Shown: positions 23,901 to 37,000 of the stretch, piece by piece
Position numbering within the stretch: position 1 is the stretch's first letter
Layout of the letters: each line of letters begins with the position of its first letter
NCBI RefSeq assembly: GCF_964204645.1
Contig: NC_134028.1
Location: 1,736,001-1,800,000, forward strand
Direction of reading: 5' to 3'
Origin: Tubulanus polymorphus
Lineage: Eukaryota > Animalia > Nemertea
Length of the DNA: 64,000 nucleotides
Position numbers and translations under genes: made by a program
The notes under the pieces: model-generated
Told to the model about the DNA's origin: nothing
The model's input: the letters and a program-made list of their open reading frames with translations, nothing else
The model's database searches: none

Positions 23901-24545
23901 CGGTCCTTGTCGCTGCAACCGTTGCCCGTCTGCCATGGGCTTTATTATAATGTATATAAAACATGGAGATTTTACACAATGCGTACATACACCATACCTG
24001 TAGGTGGATAAAAGAATTGCAATCATTGGTAATTTACCCCCGGTATGGACCTAACTTCCAGTTTGAACACCCCTGAATTCCTATAGCCAAATGACATAAA
24101 TTCAGTTTCCTTAGACACTCAATAACTGCTGAATGAGCCTTGTAGAAAATAAGTTTCGCAGAAAATCTATCGTGTATTATTGCTACGTATCAACACTTAA
24201 GCCCAGTCCTACAGTACATGACATATATCAGTATTCTTGTTCTTTTAAATCTATATAATAAATTTTCGTTTTAAAAAACATTTAAGAATTATTGAATTAC
24301 GTAATCGATATTATCCATTGCCAGTAGAGAAAAAATCAGCTAACAAAATAAATATCTAAAACACCCAAGCTCGGTTGTGGTCAATCATGCATACATGATT
24401 TTAAAACAGTTTAGCCATTCTATAAGAATAACAGCTATGATGATATCACCGCGTTGTTGCAGACAATGTGGATGTTTTAATTCACTAAAGAGACCAAGTG
24501 TTCAAATATATATCACTTCCAGCGCTGAGTAAAGTCTCGTCGAAT

Positions 24546-27500
24546 TTACGACTCAGTCGCGAAAAGCATTCGTTTAGCAGTCTGTGAAATGATACCCATC
24601 ACGACTGGATAGAACGCACGATCAGGATCCATTAAATCTAGACAGACGTCGTAATGATTACACTCAGGGAGCAGGTGAACGATTATCTCTTGACGAGACC
24701 CGCTTAAAGCCTGCGATAGATCGGTTGATTGTTCGTACGGTACAGTTTTATCGCAGAGCGGGTGAACTAGAACAATAGGGGGCAGTCTGAAATATAAAAC
24801 AATAGTATCAATACATAATGTATCAGTGATATGCTTCACGTAAGTGCAAAAACCAGAGTTCAAAGAAGTTATTATAAAAGGGTGGCAACGTACCCGGCAT
24901 TTTCGGGTAGATTCTCGACGATAACCGTCGGTGAAAATCTATCGAAATGCTCCGATCCGTACATCACTCGTGACATCGCTGACAAATCTTCAACACCTCG
25001 CGACGTTTCGTATTCAAAATGGCGACCGATGTGATAAACACCGGCTAATCCTGCGAATGAAAACCAAATTCGTAATCAAGGGCGACCGCAGATATAGCAC
25101 GAGAATGAGTGTTTAACCTGTACGAGAATGAGTGTTTAACCTTAACTGTACCACAGCTATTTTTTCATTTTTGAGAATTGGTCACTTGAAACAACAGTGG
25201 AACCATATATATTATAGATTGTGCCACTGTTATAATACACAACCCATATGGTAAAGTTTCCAGGGGGCAATATTGTCCTAATAACATCTAGTGGGCAGCG
25301 GGTGATGTTTTCACTACCATTACATCAGCTTGCTGACTTCATAACATCTGTTCATACTGTAGGCAGTGATGGCTATAGCAGTTATTGGTTGTCGAAGAGG
25401 TTAATAACTAATTGTAGGATAAAAGTGAACATACCTATAACGCAGCGAACTGCTGTAAATAATTCATACAATTCCTGTTGACTTTTCGTCAGTTTCATTT
25501 CGTGCAGCTTAGCAGACGGACGACGGATATACGACGTCGTTATATCTCGCTTGCTATCGTCATCTCCATCGTTTCGTCGTTTCGCGGGACCATCTCGTCG
25601 CTCGGTGTCGACGACATTTCCATCTTTTTCCGTTTCTTCTTCGTCGGAATTTCGAATCAGTTCTATCGAGCCGGAACTCTCGCCTAAACTCGACGCGGCT
25701 CGTCCCAAATTCGAACTGACCATCAAATACGAATCCGTGCTGATATCTAGACTTTGTTCTGGTTCCTCTTCACCGAGTTCAGTAGCTGTTTCCGCTAATG
25801 GAGTACCTTCCTGAACGCTTATACTGACTTCGGCACCACCCGCACCCTCCCCGTCCTCGCCCGCAGCTGCAGCAAATCCGGTTTTATCGTCGGTTCTTTC
25901 TCGACCGTTCAATACGACGAACGAACTCACCGACGCGGCGCTGTCTCCGAAGTTATTTACCGTTTTTTTCTCGTCTTCGCCGTTGCTAGCGTCGCTATTG
26001 TTGCTGCCGCTGTTGTTGCTACTGTCGAAATGTCGATCGATAAACCGCATCGATTCGATGATGCTCGTCGTCGGTAAGGGAGGTCCTTGCAGCATCTGTT
26101 TCGTTAATAACTCTAATATCGACATGACGCACAGATGAGCGCCAGCCGAGTGTCCGATCAATATGATATTCTCCTAAAAAATATCAACCGATTCAAACTT
26201 TAATTATCTGTAGATGATTAATAATCTACGATCTGATGAATAATCTACACAGAGAGTGTTTCATTCGACGACATCAATCTTAAATGATAATAGTAAGCTG
26301 TTTCTCCTAATCGGCCGGTGCATTTTGTAAACTGCAATACAATTTATAATCAGTCCAATTTTAGGAGGTGCCGGGTCTGTTACGGTTAGCTTGATTATGA
26401 TTTCGGACGGTAGAATGAGGATAGTAAAATCATCATACCTTATCGCCGTGATAACTACCAATGTTATTAATAATCCATTCGATACAGTCGACTATATCTT
26501 GAATCATATCATCTACATAACCCTGTAAATATAAAACAACAATTCGGATAAAAAACGCAAGTTGAGTCAAGAAAATTGTTAGGCGACTTGATAAAACACT
26601 CAAAAAAGTTACTTTGAGCTATATTCAATCTGACGTTCAGAAGATGACTATCAGGATGAAGTTGAAATTTCTGATTATTCAATAAAAGCTCAATGAAACT
26701 TTTTGGACCTGTTTTTTTTGCATTGTGGGACTTTAATGGGTTAGAAGGCGAATTCTGGGGGTCAAAAATAGGGACAAAGGTGATAAACAGTTGAATTTTT
26801 GGCGGGGTGGGGTGGTGGGGGCTGGTTCCAGGCTGCTAGTCTGAATACCAGACAATCTACTGCTTCAACAAGGGCAAGATTCTAGACTACCACGCTGCCT
26901 GCCAAGTCTGGTCTTAAATCTTATCAGTTTTTTTACCAGGAATATGAACAGACATCTATAAGTCATCTATAAGATACTTTACCTTTGGATAAATGGAATA
27001 ATTAGGACAGCAAACGATGGCATTGAGATTTTTAGATATTTCGTTACACAGAAGTCCGTACATATTTTTATCCCCGCTGCTCCACGTTCCACCATAAACG
27101 AATATAACGACCGGTAAATTGTCACCGCCAGACGACGACGACGATGATTGCGGTAAATATAAATCTAATAAGTTCTCATTGGATCCGTAACATAAATCCT
27201 AAAATATCAACAATATTATATCATTGATCGCATTTGCAATAATGTCTCTTTCAACTTTGAAAAGGTTGCATAACTTGACATACTCTCAAGCCAAGTTGAA
27301 ATAGACTATAGGATAAATGCGCTTTTAAAAAGCTCTTCGAAAAATCTCAATTTTTTTTCACAAACCTTAATAACTCTGTCCGGTTTCGAGAACGCGTAGA
27401 AACACTTCCATTTCAACATTAAACGTAGATATTTCAATAAACCAAACTTCTTCAATACGGCGTAGTTGACTTGTAGGACTTTTTTCGGATGTAAAGCCCT

Positions 27501-27626
27501 CCTGTAACGGTTTTTCGTTTGCGGCCAACCGTATAGAATATTACATAAAACCGATATCGTATACGGGAGTGCAACAGCAGTCGTCACCGCCAACACTAAA
27601 CCCTTAGTCAGCGTCTTAGTTACCAT
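24546..27626 (-). CDS. Alpha/beta hydrolase, isoprenylcysteine methylesterase (ICME)-like / kynurenine formamidase-related
   Basis: Exons 27626-27366, 27198-26983, 26522-26439, 26173-25435, 25050-24894, 24786-24546. Hydrophobic N terminus; [22 protein letters not shown] oxyanion motif, nucleophile elbow [15 protein letters not shown], acid DKTVP, His CNHYD. Confidence 0.85.
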
Positions 27627-28752
27627 AGTAACAAACTCTGAAATCAAGTAGGTTAATGAATTAAGACACTTAATCGAATAAATCCTAGCAATCAAACATA
27701 ATTAGCCTAAAAGCAATTTCTAATCTGTGACATACCAATCTGAATCAATATTGACTTTAAGAGAAAAACCAAGACGAAAATAGTGAATTTTGTAGTATAT
27801 GATTAATAGGTGGAAATCTATTTTACTTTTCAAGGTTCTGCTTATTTTTTCGTTTCGCCACAAGGGGGCGCGCTGTATCGATTGGTAAGTACGGTATGAA
27901 TACAAAAAGCGAGAAAAAATCCCGAAATTACTGCAATATGCGAGGTTGATACGTACAGAAAGATCGCCAATATTGAAAACAAAACTTCTCGAATAATTTA
28001 GAAAGCTTTTCACTGTAAAAACCGTCTCGTCATCGATAATTGATGCACATATTCAGTAAAATTCAGCGTACTTCTCATTAATTACGCAAGCCCAAGGGCG
28101 CAGCCATTTTTGAATACGTAGGTGGCAGCACATCACGGTGCGAATAGTTCGCGTTGATAGGTGCGCGATTCATTGCGGTCATTTTTTTCCTAGGATAAGA
28201 ACGCGCTATCTATAGTAATCTGAAAACGTTTCGATTTGATTTCATTGTTGTCACATCTTAATTTCAGGGGCCAGATGCAAAAAATTTGATTAAACATAAT
28301 AAATGACGCGCAATCGTGTTATTTTTGCATTTGAATACAATGATTGAAAATATATTGACTGTCTTTTTACTATAAATAAAGATTTAAATCTGAACGTTCA
28401 TTTTCAATCTACGATACGGTTTGAACAATGCCACTCGGTCAACGGGGTGCCAACGAGTCTTTTTTGACACTCCGAATTCATTTGTGAGTATAATCAAACG
28501 CGTACCTGAATAATTGTTATTAAATTCACTCTTTAGAAAAGATATCAGTCTAAAGCCAACTATATCTCAGTACTTGAGATTAGATTTTGAACCCGAACAC
28601 CGACTCAACGCCGACCTGTACTACGTTTGTACACACACCAGATACCGACGTATTGCAGTTTGAAATCTTAAGATTTTCTCAGCTCTTACTATCCGGAAGT
28701 ATAATTACCCACCCTCTTAATTGCAAGAGTGTGTTATTTATTGCAGTGAAAG

Positions 28753-29492
28753 ATGTCGTGGATGTTGAAACCATCAGCGTTTATCATTGCTCCGCATATC
28801 GGGGGCATTGCTGGTTCTTTTATAACCCGAGACAGCGTGAAGACTTGGTATAAGGTAAATTGATACTCGATATGATAAATTTCCATTTTACGTAATATCA
28901 CTAAACAGGTTATTCCTATGAGTTAACAAAAAGTAACGTTTTCGCCCAAATTATTTCAATACGGGGGCGGGGCACCGGCCGTCTTATGAAAATATATGAT
29001 GGAAATTGTCGTATTTTCAGGATATCAAAAAGGCACCATGGACACCTCCGAATTGGGTTTTCGGACCAGTTTGGACGTCTCTATATACCGGTATGGGTTA
29101 CGCGTCATACCTAGTGTATCGTGACGGGGGTGGATTCGAGGGCGAAGCTTCGACCGCTTTACAGTTATACGCCGGTCATCTAGCTCTTAACTGGCTGTGG
29201 ACTCCACTATTCTTCGGTAAAAAGAAGTTTGGTTTGGTAAGTATTTGTTCAATTAAACATGAGTGCTTTTGATTATTCCATAGCTCATTTTTCCAATCCC
29301 ATTTTGTCTTAATGCCGTCGTGTTTTGTATTTTCAGGCTGCCATTGAGATTCTGTTTCTTGCCGGTTCAATAGTTGGTTGCGCCGTCAAATTCTATCCGA
29401 TCAACAAGACTGCCTCTTACATCATGTTACCATACTTAGCCTGGGCTTGTTACGCTAGCACTTTGAATATCTATATCTGGTTGAAGAACTAA
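28753..29492 (+). CDS. TSPO: Translocator protein (TspO/MBR family)
   Basis: Exons 28753-28854, 29021-29236, 29337-29492. [63 protein letters not shown] (CRAC-like). AATAAA near 29613. Confidence 0.96.
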
Positions 29493-30338
29493 ATCATTTG
29501 TATAATATCATAGTTTTTTTAAGCACGACTTTTTCATTGTAGCTAATATATTTAATGTAAAATGTAGTTTGAATTATCAAACTAATCCAAACCAAATACA
29601 TGTACTGGACTTAATAAACATTGCTTTACATCTACGAGCGATCATCTCTGATTGCTACCGTAGCTTTGCGTGTATACTTTGAAATATGATATTGCTTAAT
29701 GGCTTAGAACCTATCGAATTATTGCTTGTATGATGTGTTCCGAAATCAAATGAAAACGACCGTTATTCCTCTCAACTTTTACTTTTGTCATTAATTGTAA
29801 ATGATCTACGTTTTGTGAATAAGTATAGTTTTCTAAGAATAAAGATTCAAATATCTCTATCAAACCAAAAATGAGTTGATTTTTCGTAATTTTCTCACCG
29901 GGTGGGCATGGAAATAGTTGGAGAGAAATATTCATCTCTGTCTGACGGAAATGTCCGAATCCTTAACGACGACCTATTCGGTGACGCCCGGACAAACCGT
30001 ATCTAATGCCATGATCTCGTTGCTAAGTTTCATTGCTTGGCTACCTCAATTACGCAACGAAGTTCTCAACTTTAGCCGCGTTTTTGTTTTCTCTTGCATT
30101 TAATTGCAAATTGAAAGTAATTTAACGAGTATATTGAGATAATTTGAACTTGGCAAGTGTATTGTCACATTTTGACAAAACACATTTCGCCATATATAGG
30201 AACCGCACCATATTCTAGGAGGTAAGCACGAGTTTAATTTCTTATTTCTTTATCAAAATTGTTCTGAATTAGATTGGAAATTTTGGCTTATTGTCGATTT
30301 GATGGCAATACTGGATCCTTGTTCTTGTTCACGTAGAT

Positions 30339-31465
30339 ATGGATGATGTTATTAAGCCAAACGATAACCTCAATGAGGCGGGCATTGATAGCAAGACGAT
30401 TTCAGACGTAAAAATCGTAATTGATGAAGATGAAACACGAATTGGATGCTGCGCAGGAATTACTCAGATATTAAACAAAGTTGCAGCGCGAATTCACAGA
30501 TTCGGAAGCAGACTTGGAAGACTCATCACCGGTAATTCAAACGATTGTCCATCTATCTATCTATTTCTAGAAATACAAACTTTACAGATAAAACTTTAAA
30601 TAATTACAGGTCGACAGAGTAGAAGACATCGCCGTGTAGCCAAGTCAATCAAGACAGTGGCAGAACGTGAGGTGCAATTCGCTGAACATGCAAAACAGGC
30701 TGCGGAACCTCCAACTGTTACCGTAGTTCCCGCTGAACTATCAGATGAAGAAATCGGTTTACCAGTAATTCGACCAACTTCGATCGTGAGAGTAAAGCAT
30801 CGACCTTTTGGGCGTATTCCTGATTTAATCGTCACTAATCCAGATGGTCAGATCTTACAATTCGAAACATTCAAAATGCGACAACCATGCGAGCATGATT
30901 CAGATACCAGCTGCGAGTGCGAATTCGGCGATCCTTCACAAGACGAAATACCCGAAGTTCTGATGGGTACGAAAAATATAATCGCACAGCACGGAATTCT
31001 CAAAAAACCAAATAAACGACGTCAAAAAAGACATAATCGTAGAACATATGAGCAACGCAGAGTGCTGATAAATGATCTTCCTCGGGTCAAATTTATTCCA
31101 TCGCGAGCAGACGATAGAAGGTGAAACATGACCCAGAAGATGATACAGTCAAGTTCTCACGAATAATCATTTATATATCGTATCATATTCTTTTACCCCT
31201 CAGGTCAAAAGACGCCAAAACGACAAGCGGTTTATATTTCCCTTTGCCGCCTCAACCAAAAGTTGCTGTGATTGACTGTGCTGCTGCTGAACAAATCCAT
31301 ACAGCTCCGTATTCACCATTTGCTGGTAAGATGGAGGAGACTTATGTTACTTCCAGTATTTTTTCATATATATTTCAAGACATTGAATATTTTTCTTTCA
31401 TTACAGGAACACAACCGGCGCAAGATATTGACTTCGAATTTCCTCTGTCTTCTGGATATTACTAA
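30339..31465 (+). CDS. Uncharacterised spliced protein (no recognisable domain)
   Basis: GT-AG exons 30339-30531, 30610-31120, 31204-31325, 31407-31465 join in one open frame. Upstream non-coding exon donor at 30222 and AATAAA near 32085. The 3' end is uncertain. Confidence 0.55.
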
Positions 31466-32865
31466 ATCTTCATCAGACCGCGCCTGCAGTTCCAGTGTCC
31501 GGGTTAGAACCGGCCAGCAGATCCCGTCGCGAATTGAAGAACGAGTTGTTTCTAGGGCGAGGAAAAAAACTCCTTCCATCGGTGAGGACTAATGATCTAT
31601 CTCAGTGAAGAATCGTGGGCCCGATTTTTCCTGGATAATGTAATGCGTGCCAAACCAGTGGATGATGCGTCTTTTTCCGTGACGTTAAACGAAGTTCAGG
31701 CCAGTTTTGCAGCCGAAATACATGTTTGGCCAGTTCTGCAGCCGTCGACCCGAGACAGTAGAACTACTCAAAGACCCGCGTGCCGATCGTACAGATGTTT
31801 TTGATGACGTAGGAAATCAATTTGGTAGAATACTAAAAATGTGTAGTGTGATTGACAATGTAACTCGACCGCGAAATAGAATTTGGAGATAATCGTGTTA
31901 TCTAGTTGACTTACTGTTATATGTAGAAATCATTAATCGGGAAAAAAACAGGAATGCGTAGATTGAATGAAGTAATGTATTAATGAATGAATCATTGGAG
32001 TAATCATGATGTGAAATCATTGGTGTTATCTTGATGTGTAATCTCTCGCAAGCAATTCACGTTTATCTATATTGTGATTATTTCAATAAATCGTTATCTA
32101 TACCAAATTTTAGGATTTTGAAGAACATTTTTTCATCGCAAAAGTCTACACAGCCTCAAAATATCCTGAATCTAAAAACATTTACAAGTTTCTGATTTTC
32201 TGTACGTCGTCCATACTTTTCTGCCGAGTCCTGTTGTCCGAGCATCCTAGAATCTGATGGCGTCTTTTCCAAGAAATATTCAAGAATATTCGAGAAAATA
32301 TCACAACTAGAGAGTTACACTATACCATACAATATATTTATTAACATGATAAATGACAAACTTACATCAACACATCTGAACCGAGAAAAGAGCTCATAAA
32401 TCTCAAATTATCCGTGCACTATGTCACAGTCGATATCAATTAACTTCAAGACTCTACCGGACCATATATAAAAATCCTCGCAGAGTTTTCATTCTTTTGA
32501 ATAATTCCAGTACGGTAGATTGATAAGAATGCCATTCCCCGTGGCATTCAGTTTTACTGATCTGTAGTTTAATGTTTTACATCGAAAAAGTGACAATTAG
32601 AAAATAAAACGATCAATATTAGTACGATATGTGCAGCTTAATAATGCTTCTCTGGGTTGTATATATCAGTTAATTACAATTTACCACAAGACGAACCAAA
32701 CAATAATAATAATAATAAACCTGAACAGAAATTGACAAACTCTTTAGAATTGACTGAACGTACAAATCATGACCGGTATATACTTTTAACACCACACACA
32801 CATTTCTATAATGATGATATTCTAGATAATAATAAATAGGTTTCAAATATAGCTACTAGTTTTTA

Positions 32866-33084
32866 GGCTAAAAAAAATTGATACCTTGTTTCTCCGCTCT
32901 GCTGAGCTTAAATGTTGACCCGGCCGGCCGCCTATCTACCCTATACATTACTTTTTTTAAATCGTGATCAATTTTACCATAACAGACCCGGCCGCTATAG
33001 AAATGAACTGTTTATAAATTTTATCATATTTTACAAAAATGACCCGGCCGCTGCGGAGAAACAAGGTATCATTTTTGTTTAGCC
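32866..33084. mobile_element. PIF/Harbinger-type MITE in the probable SR-gene 3' UTR
   Basis: About 32-bp TIR GGCTAAAAAAAATTGATACCTTGTTTCTCCGC / GCGGAGAAACAAGGTATCATTTTTGTTTAGCC, TTA on both flanks, three internal GACCCGGCCG repeats. Confidence 0.8.
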
Positions 33085-34010
33085 TTAATTCATTTAGAAC
33101 ATGCTGTTCCAGGTCATTTTGTTTCTCACATGAACATCATCAATCCATAATACAATGTTATTTTTTCTTCTTAAATTACAAAATGCAACACATAACACCT
33201 GTCTATATACAATACATCTATACACACTTATGAATGGAGTTGAAATTAAAATTCAATTTTTCCTAAGAAACACGTGAACGAAAATGAAATTCAACCAAAT
33301 GGAAGCACAGGCTTTACAAAAAGACCAAACTGGTTATATAGAAATTATTATCAAAGATGAAACAGAAATGAATGCCGGCTATAAATAGAAATGATGATAA
33401 CTGTGATGCTTACATTCGAAGAATTGAGAACTGCAATCCCACCAGGAGTGACTTATAGTCAATCTTATTTGATCAAAATAAGCTTGTTTTCAATTGGATA
33501 TTCAGGATCTTGAATTATCAAACAAGCCATGAAAACAATAATTATGTACCGGTATGATATCTTATTAGTAGATTTGTTGCTCAGAGGAAAGTTGGTTAGA
33601 TTTCAATCAAAACGTTGCAGTGTTTAAGTTTTGAACATAAAAACATCCTTTACAGTTCCATATTGGTGAAATATCAGGGATAAAAGTTGCTGTTCTGTTT
33701 GATCAGTGCTACGCAACTGCTTTAAATTCTTAGTAAATAAAAATTCCTAGAAAATTAATGAACTTTATCGGTTTGTCAACATTTTTTCCCTTTACTGGAA
33801 GAAAATCCTGTGCACCACGTCTCGCTTCATATTCAGACGATTTATAGAATATTCAACGAATGTCAAGATTAAAGAATTTGCTGAAAAATCATTATCATAA
33901 TACAAAACAGGAAATATTCTCACATTTCATTGACATAAAAATTCTACAAAATAAAAAATAATTCGTTAAAACTATTCGTCAACTATTTGCGACAGTTCTT
34001 TTCTCATTTT

Positions 34011-37000
34011 TCAATGATTCAACGGTTCAGCCGAAACGGAACGCGATTTTGATCTTTCGTGTTTTCGAACTTTCTCGACGTGCGGTGAATTCGAACGCTG
34101 CTTGCCGTTTTCCTTCACTTCACTCCGAGATCTCGACCTCTCCTTCACCTCACTCCGAGATCTCGACCTCTCCTTCACCTCACTCCGAGATCTCGATCTC
34201 TCCTTCACCTCGCTTCGAGATCTCGACCTTCGCTCTTTTGACCTCGACCTCGATCGCTGCTCCTTCGGCTCGCTTCTCGACCTTGACCTCTCTTTAGCCT
34301 CGCTTCTAGATCTTGATCTGAAAAACGGATTTGAATTCAATCACTCGCCGTAAAAAAAATCCGTTCACTCTTGAAAACAGGATTCATAGTAGTGATCCTG
34401 AGGCATGAGTACCCGGTGAGCACTTTTATAATGCAAATTGACATTTTCTCATCATTTTAGACCGCAGCCCTCGTCCTTATCCTCAAGAATAGCTAATTTG
34501 GGATATCAAAATATCAAATTAGTAGTGAAAATCAAGAATTATGGGCCTTACTAATTTCTTTCAAAAGTAAGTACTGTACTTTTAAGCACTTAACAGAGAC
34601 TCGCTATGAACCCTGGAATATCAAATTTTACTGTTTAATCCTACCTCTTATGGCACGATTCGGTTTTCGTATCTTTCGACTTCCGAGGACTCGACGCCGA
34701 TCGAGACTTACGATCTCTAGATCCGGAATTACGAGCTCGGGATTTCGAACTGGATTTACGATCGCGAGATCGTGAACGCGACTTCGACGCTGATTTTCGC
34801 GATCCCGATCGTCGGTCGCGCGACGGCGAACGTGATTTCTTCTCCGGCGATCTCGAACGAGTCATCGATCTAAAACGAATAGTTCAATCAGTCATTTTAA
34901 AATCAAAGACTTTTAAACAATTGTTGATTCGAATTGAAGTCAATTAAAGAGTTTGAGAAACCTACTGACCTAGATCTGGACCTGCGCTTGTGACCTCTGA
35001 AAAAAATTATAGATTCGTTGAAGTTTAACACTATCGTATTGTATGTAATAATAGATGCAGTGGGAGGAATTCAGGCAAGTGGATTCAAATATCAAAACCT
35101 GCCACATGTGAAATCATTTGATCGACCAAAACTGAAGTGGGTGAGAGTACCAGTAGTGATTAAAACAGCTGCAACTCAAACACTTCAACTTATGCTGCAC
35201 AATGGATATTTTACAACAGGTTCAATATTAAAACCTTCAATGTAAGAGTAACCCCAGGGCGAGCCTATAATATTCACTTTTTATGAAAAGATACTATTTG
35301 TGGGTTATGTGTGACAACATACACTTTCTGCTTTAATTCAATGTATACAGTGACTGACGCAGACAGGTGACAGTGACGCAGACAAAGTGACACAGGCAGG
35401 TGACAGGAAAAAAATGAATGAGATGAATCCAAGAGCAAAGATATATATATTTTCTGGGCCTCAAACATAAAGTCCTTGCAAAAACGTTCAAAAGATTTCA
35501 AATTGATCTAGTAAAGCAATAGCCAATACTGTCGGAAGAGTTCTGCTTCCAGATTGGCTTCTTGAAAGAGCCATTTTTGCATTCAGGTTTTCATGAAAAA
35601 CACCCTGTAAATCTAAACAAGGCTTTCCTTCAAAATACAACATTCTAGGATTTGGAGATTGGATGAATACGCGATCTGTTGCGCACTGGAAAAAGCCTTT
35701 CATCTGGAAACCATAGCACTTAAATTCGCTTTGTCTATATATCAATAGGCTCAGCGTGAGGTTGGTCTGATAAAACTGAATGAGAAAATTATTGAGTTTC
35801 CATGTAACACATGGAGTATAATTGTATGCAATTCATTGAAATATTTTTAAAATCAATCCTCATATTCACTCAATGACTGAAATTATTGCAGTCATTACAT
35901 CATTTTTAATAATATAAAATAAAATATCGCCAAGTGGATTTTGTGGAGAAGTTGCAGCCCAAATTCTGATATTTTTCATCATTTTAACACAATTTGAGAA
36001 ATTATAAAATAGGGCTTGAATCTATAATGATAATTCTGTAAACTCCACCCTAGTCGGACCCTAGCAACTCAGATGTTTGTTGAAATTTTCCATGTGACAC
36101 TATTTATGAAAGACACCCAACTCGGATATCACTCAAGTTGGACACAATTTTAGGGTCCAAAGAAATCCGAACAATCGTATTTTCAATTGGCAATTTCTAA
36201 GTTTTAAAATCTTAAGCTCAGAAATTGCCAACAGTAAGCACAGAACGATAAGCATATAACAGTATCAGGCAATATCTCATTACTGATGTATGTGTTTATC
36301 GACTGATATTTTCTTTAAGAGGTTTTGTCAACAGGTGTCATCTTTTCAGTAAAGCAATCTGTTCAATTATGCAGCAGGTGGTCACATGGTTCCAATTTCA
36401 ACAATGATTCAATAAAAACTAATTTCTCCAGGCCTTACTGAGCTACACTCTTGAGCTACATGCCAAAAAAACATATTGCATTAACGATTTATGAAAGGAA
36501 AGAACTTCAAGAAACTTTTAGAACATTAATCTAAGTATTTTTTTTTTTCAAATACCAACCTGCTTCGACTTCTACTTCGCCTGCGACGATCACGCGACCT
36601 TGACCTTGATCTGAAGTATACATAAGAATAGATTTAGATAAATCACACCGCACTAATGGATAAGAGTCATGAATCAAGGAAAATCAGCTCGATGACTATC
36701 AGTTTCCAGTCATACCGGTGGTAAAGTAATAGCTGCAAAAAGAAAATCGAGTTATTTACAAATTTTCATCGCGTGAACTTCCCTGGCAGGAAATGTCCAG
36801 CACTTCTGATTCAGCATGGAAACAGGAATACATTGTTTACGAAGGCTTTGGTTCGACTATGTGACTATATGAGATCCAACTTCAATTCATTCTTATTTGA
36901 ATATCATATTTTCCTAATGTAGCAACAGTCGACTAATTAGGAGAGGGTGGGGGGAGGGGTATAGATAGAAGACTAGAGAACAATCAACTAGTAACCAATA

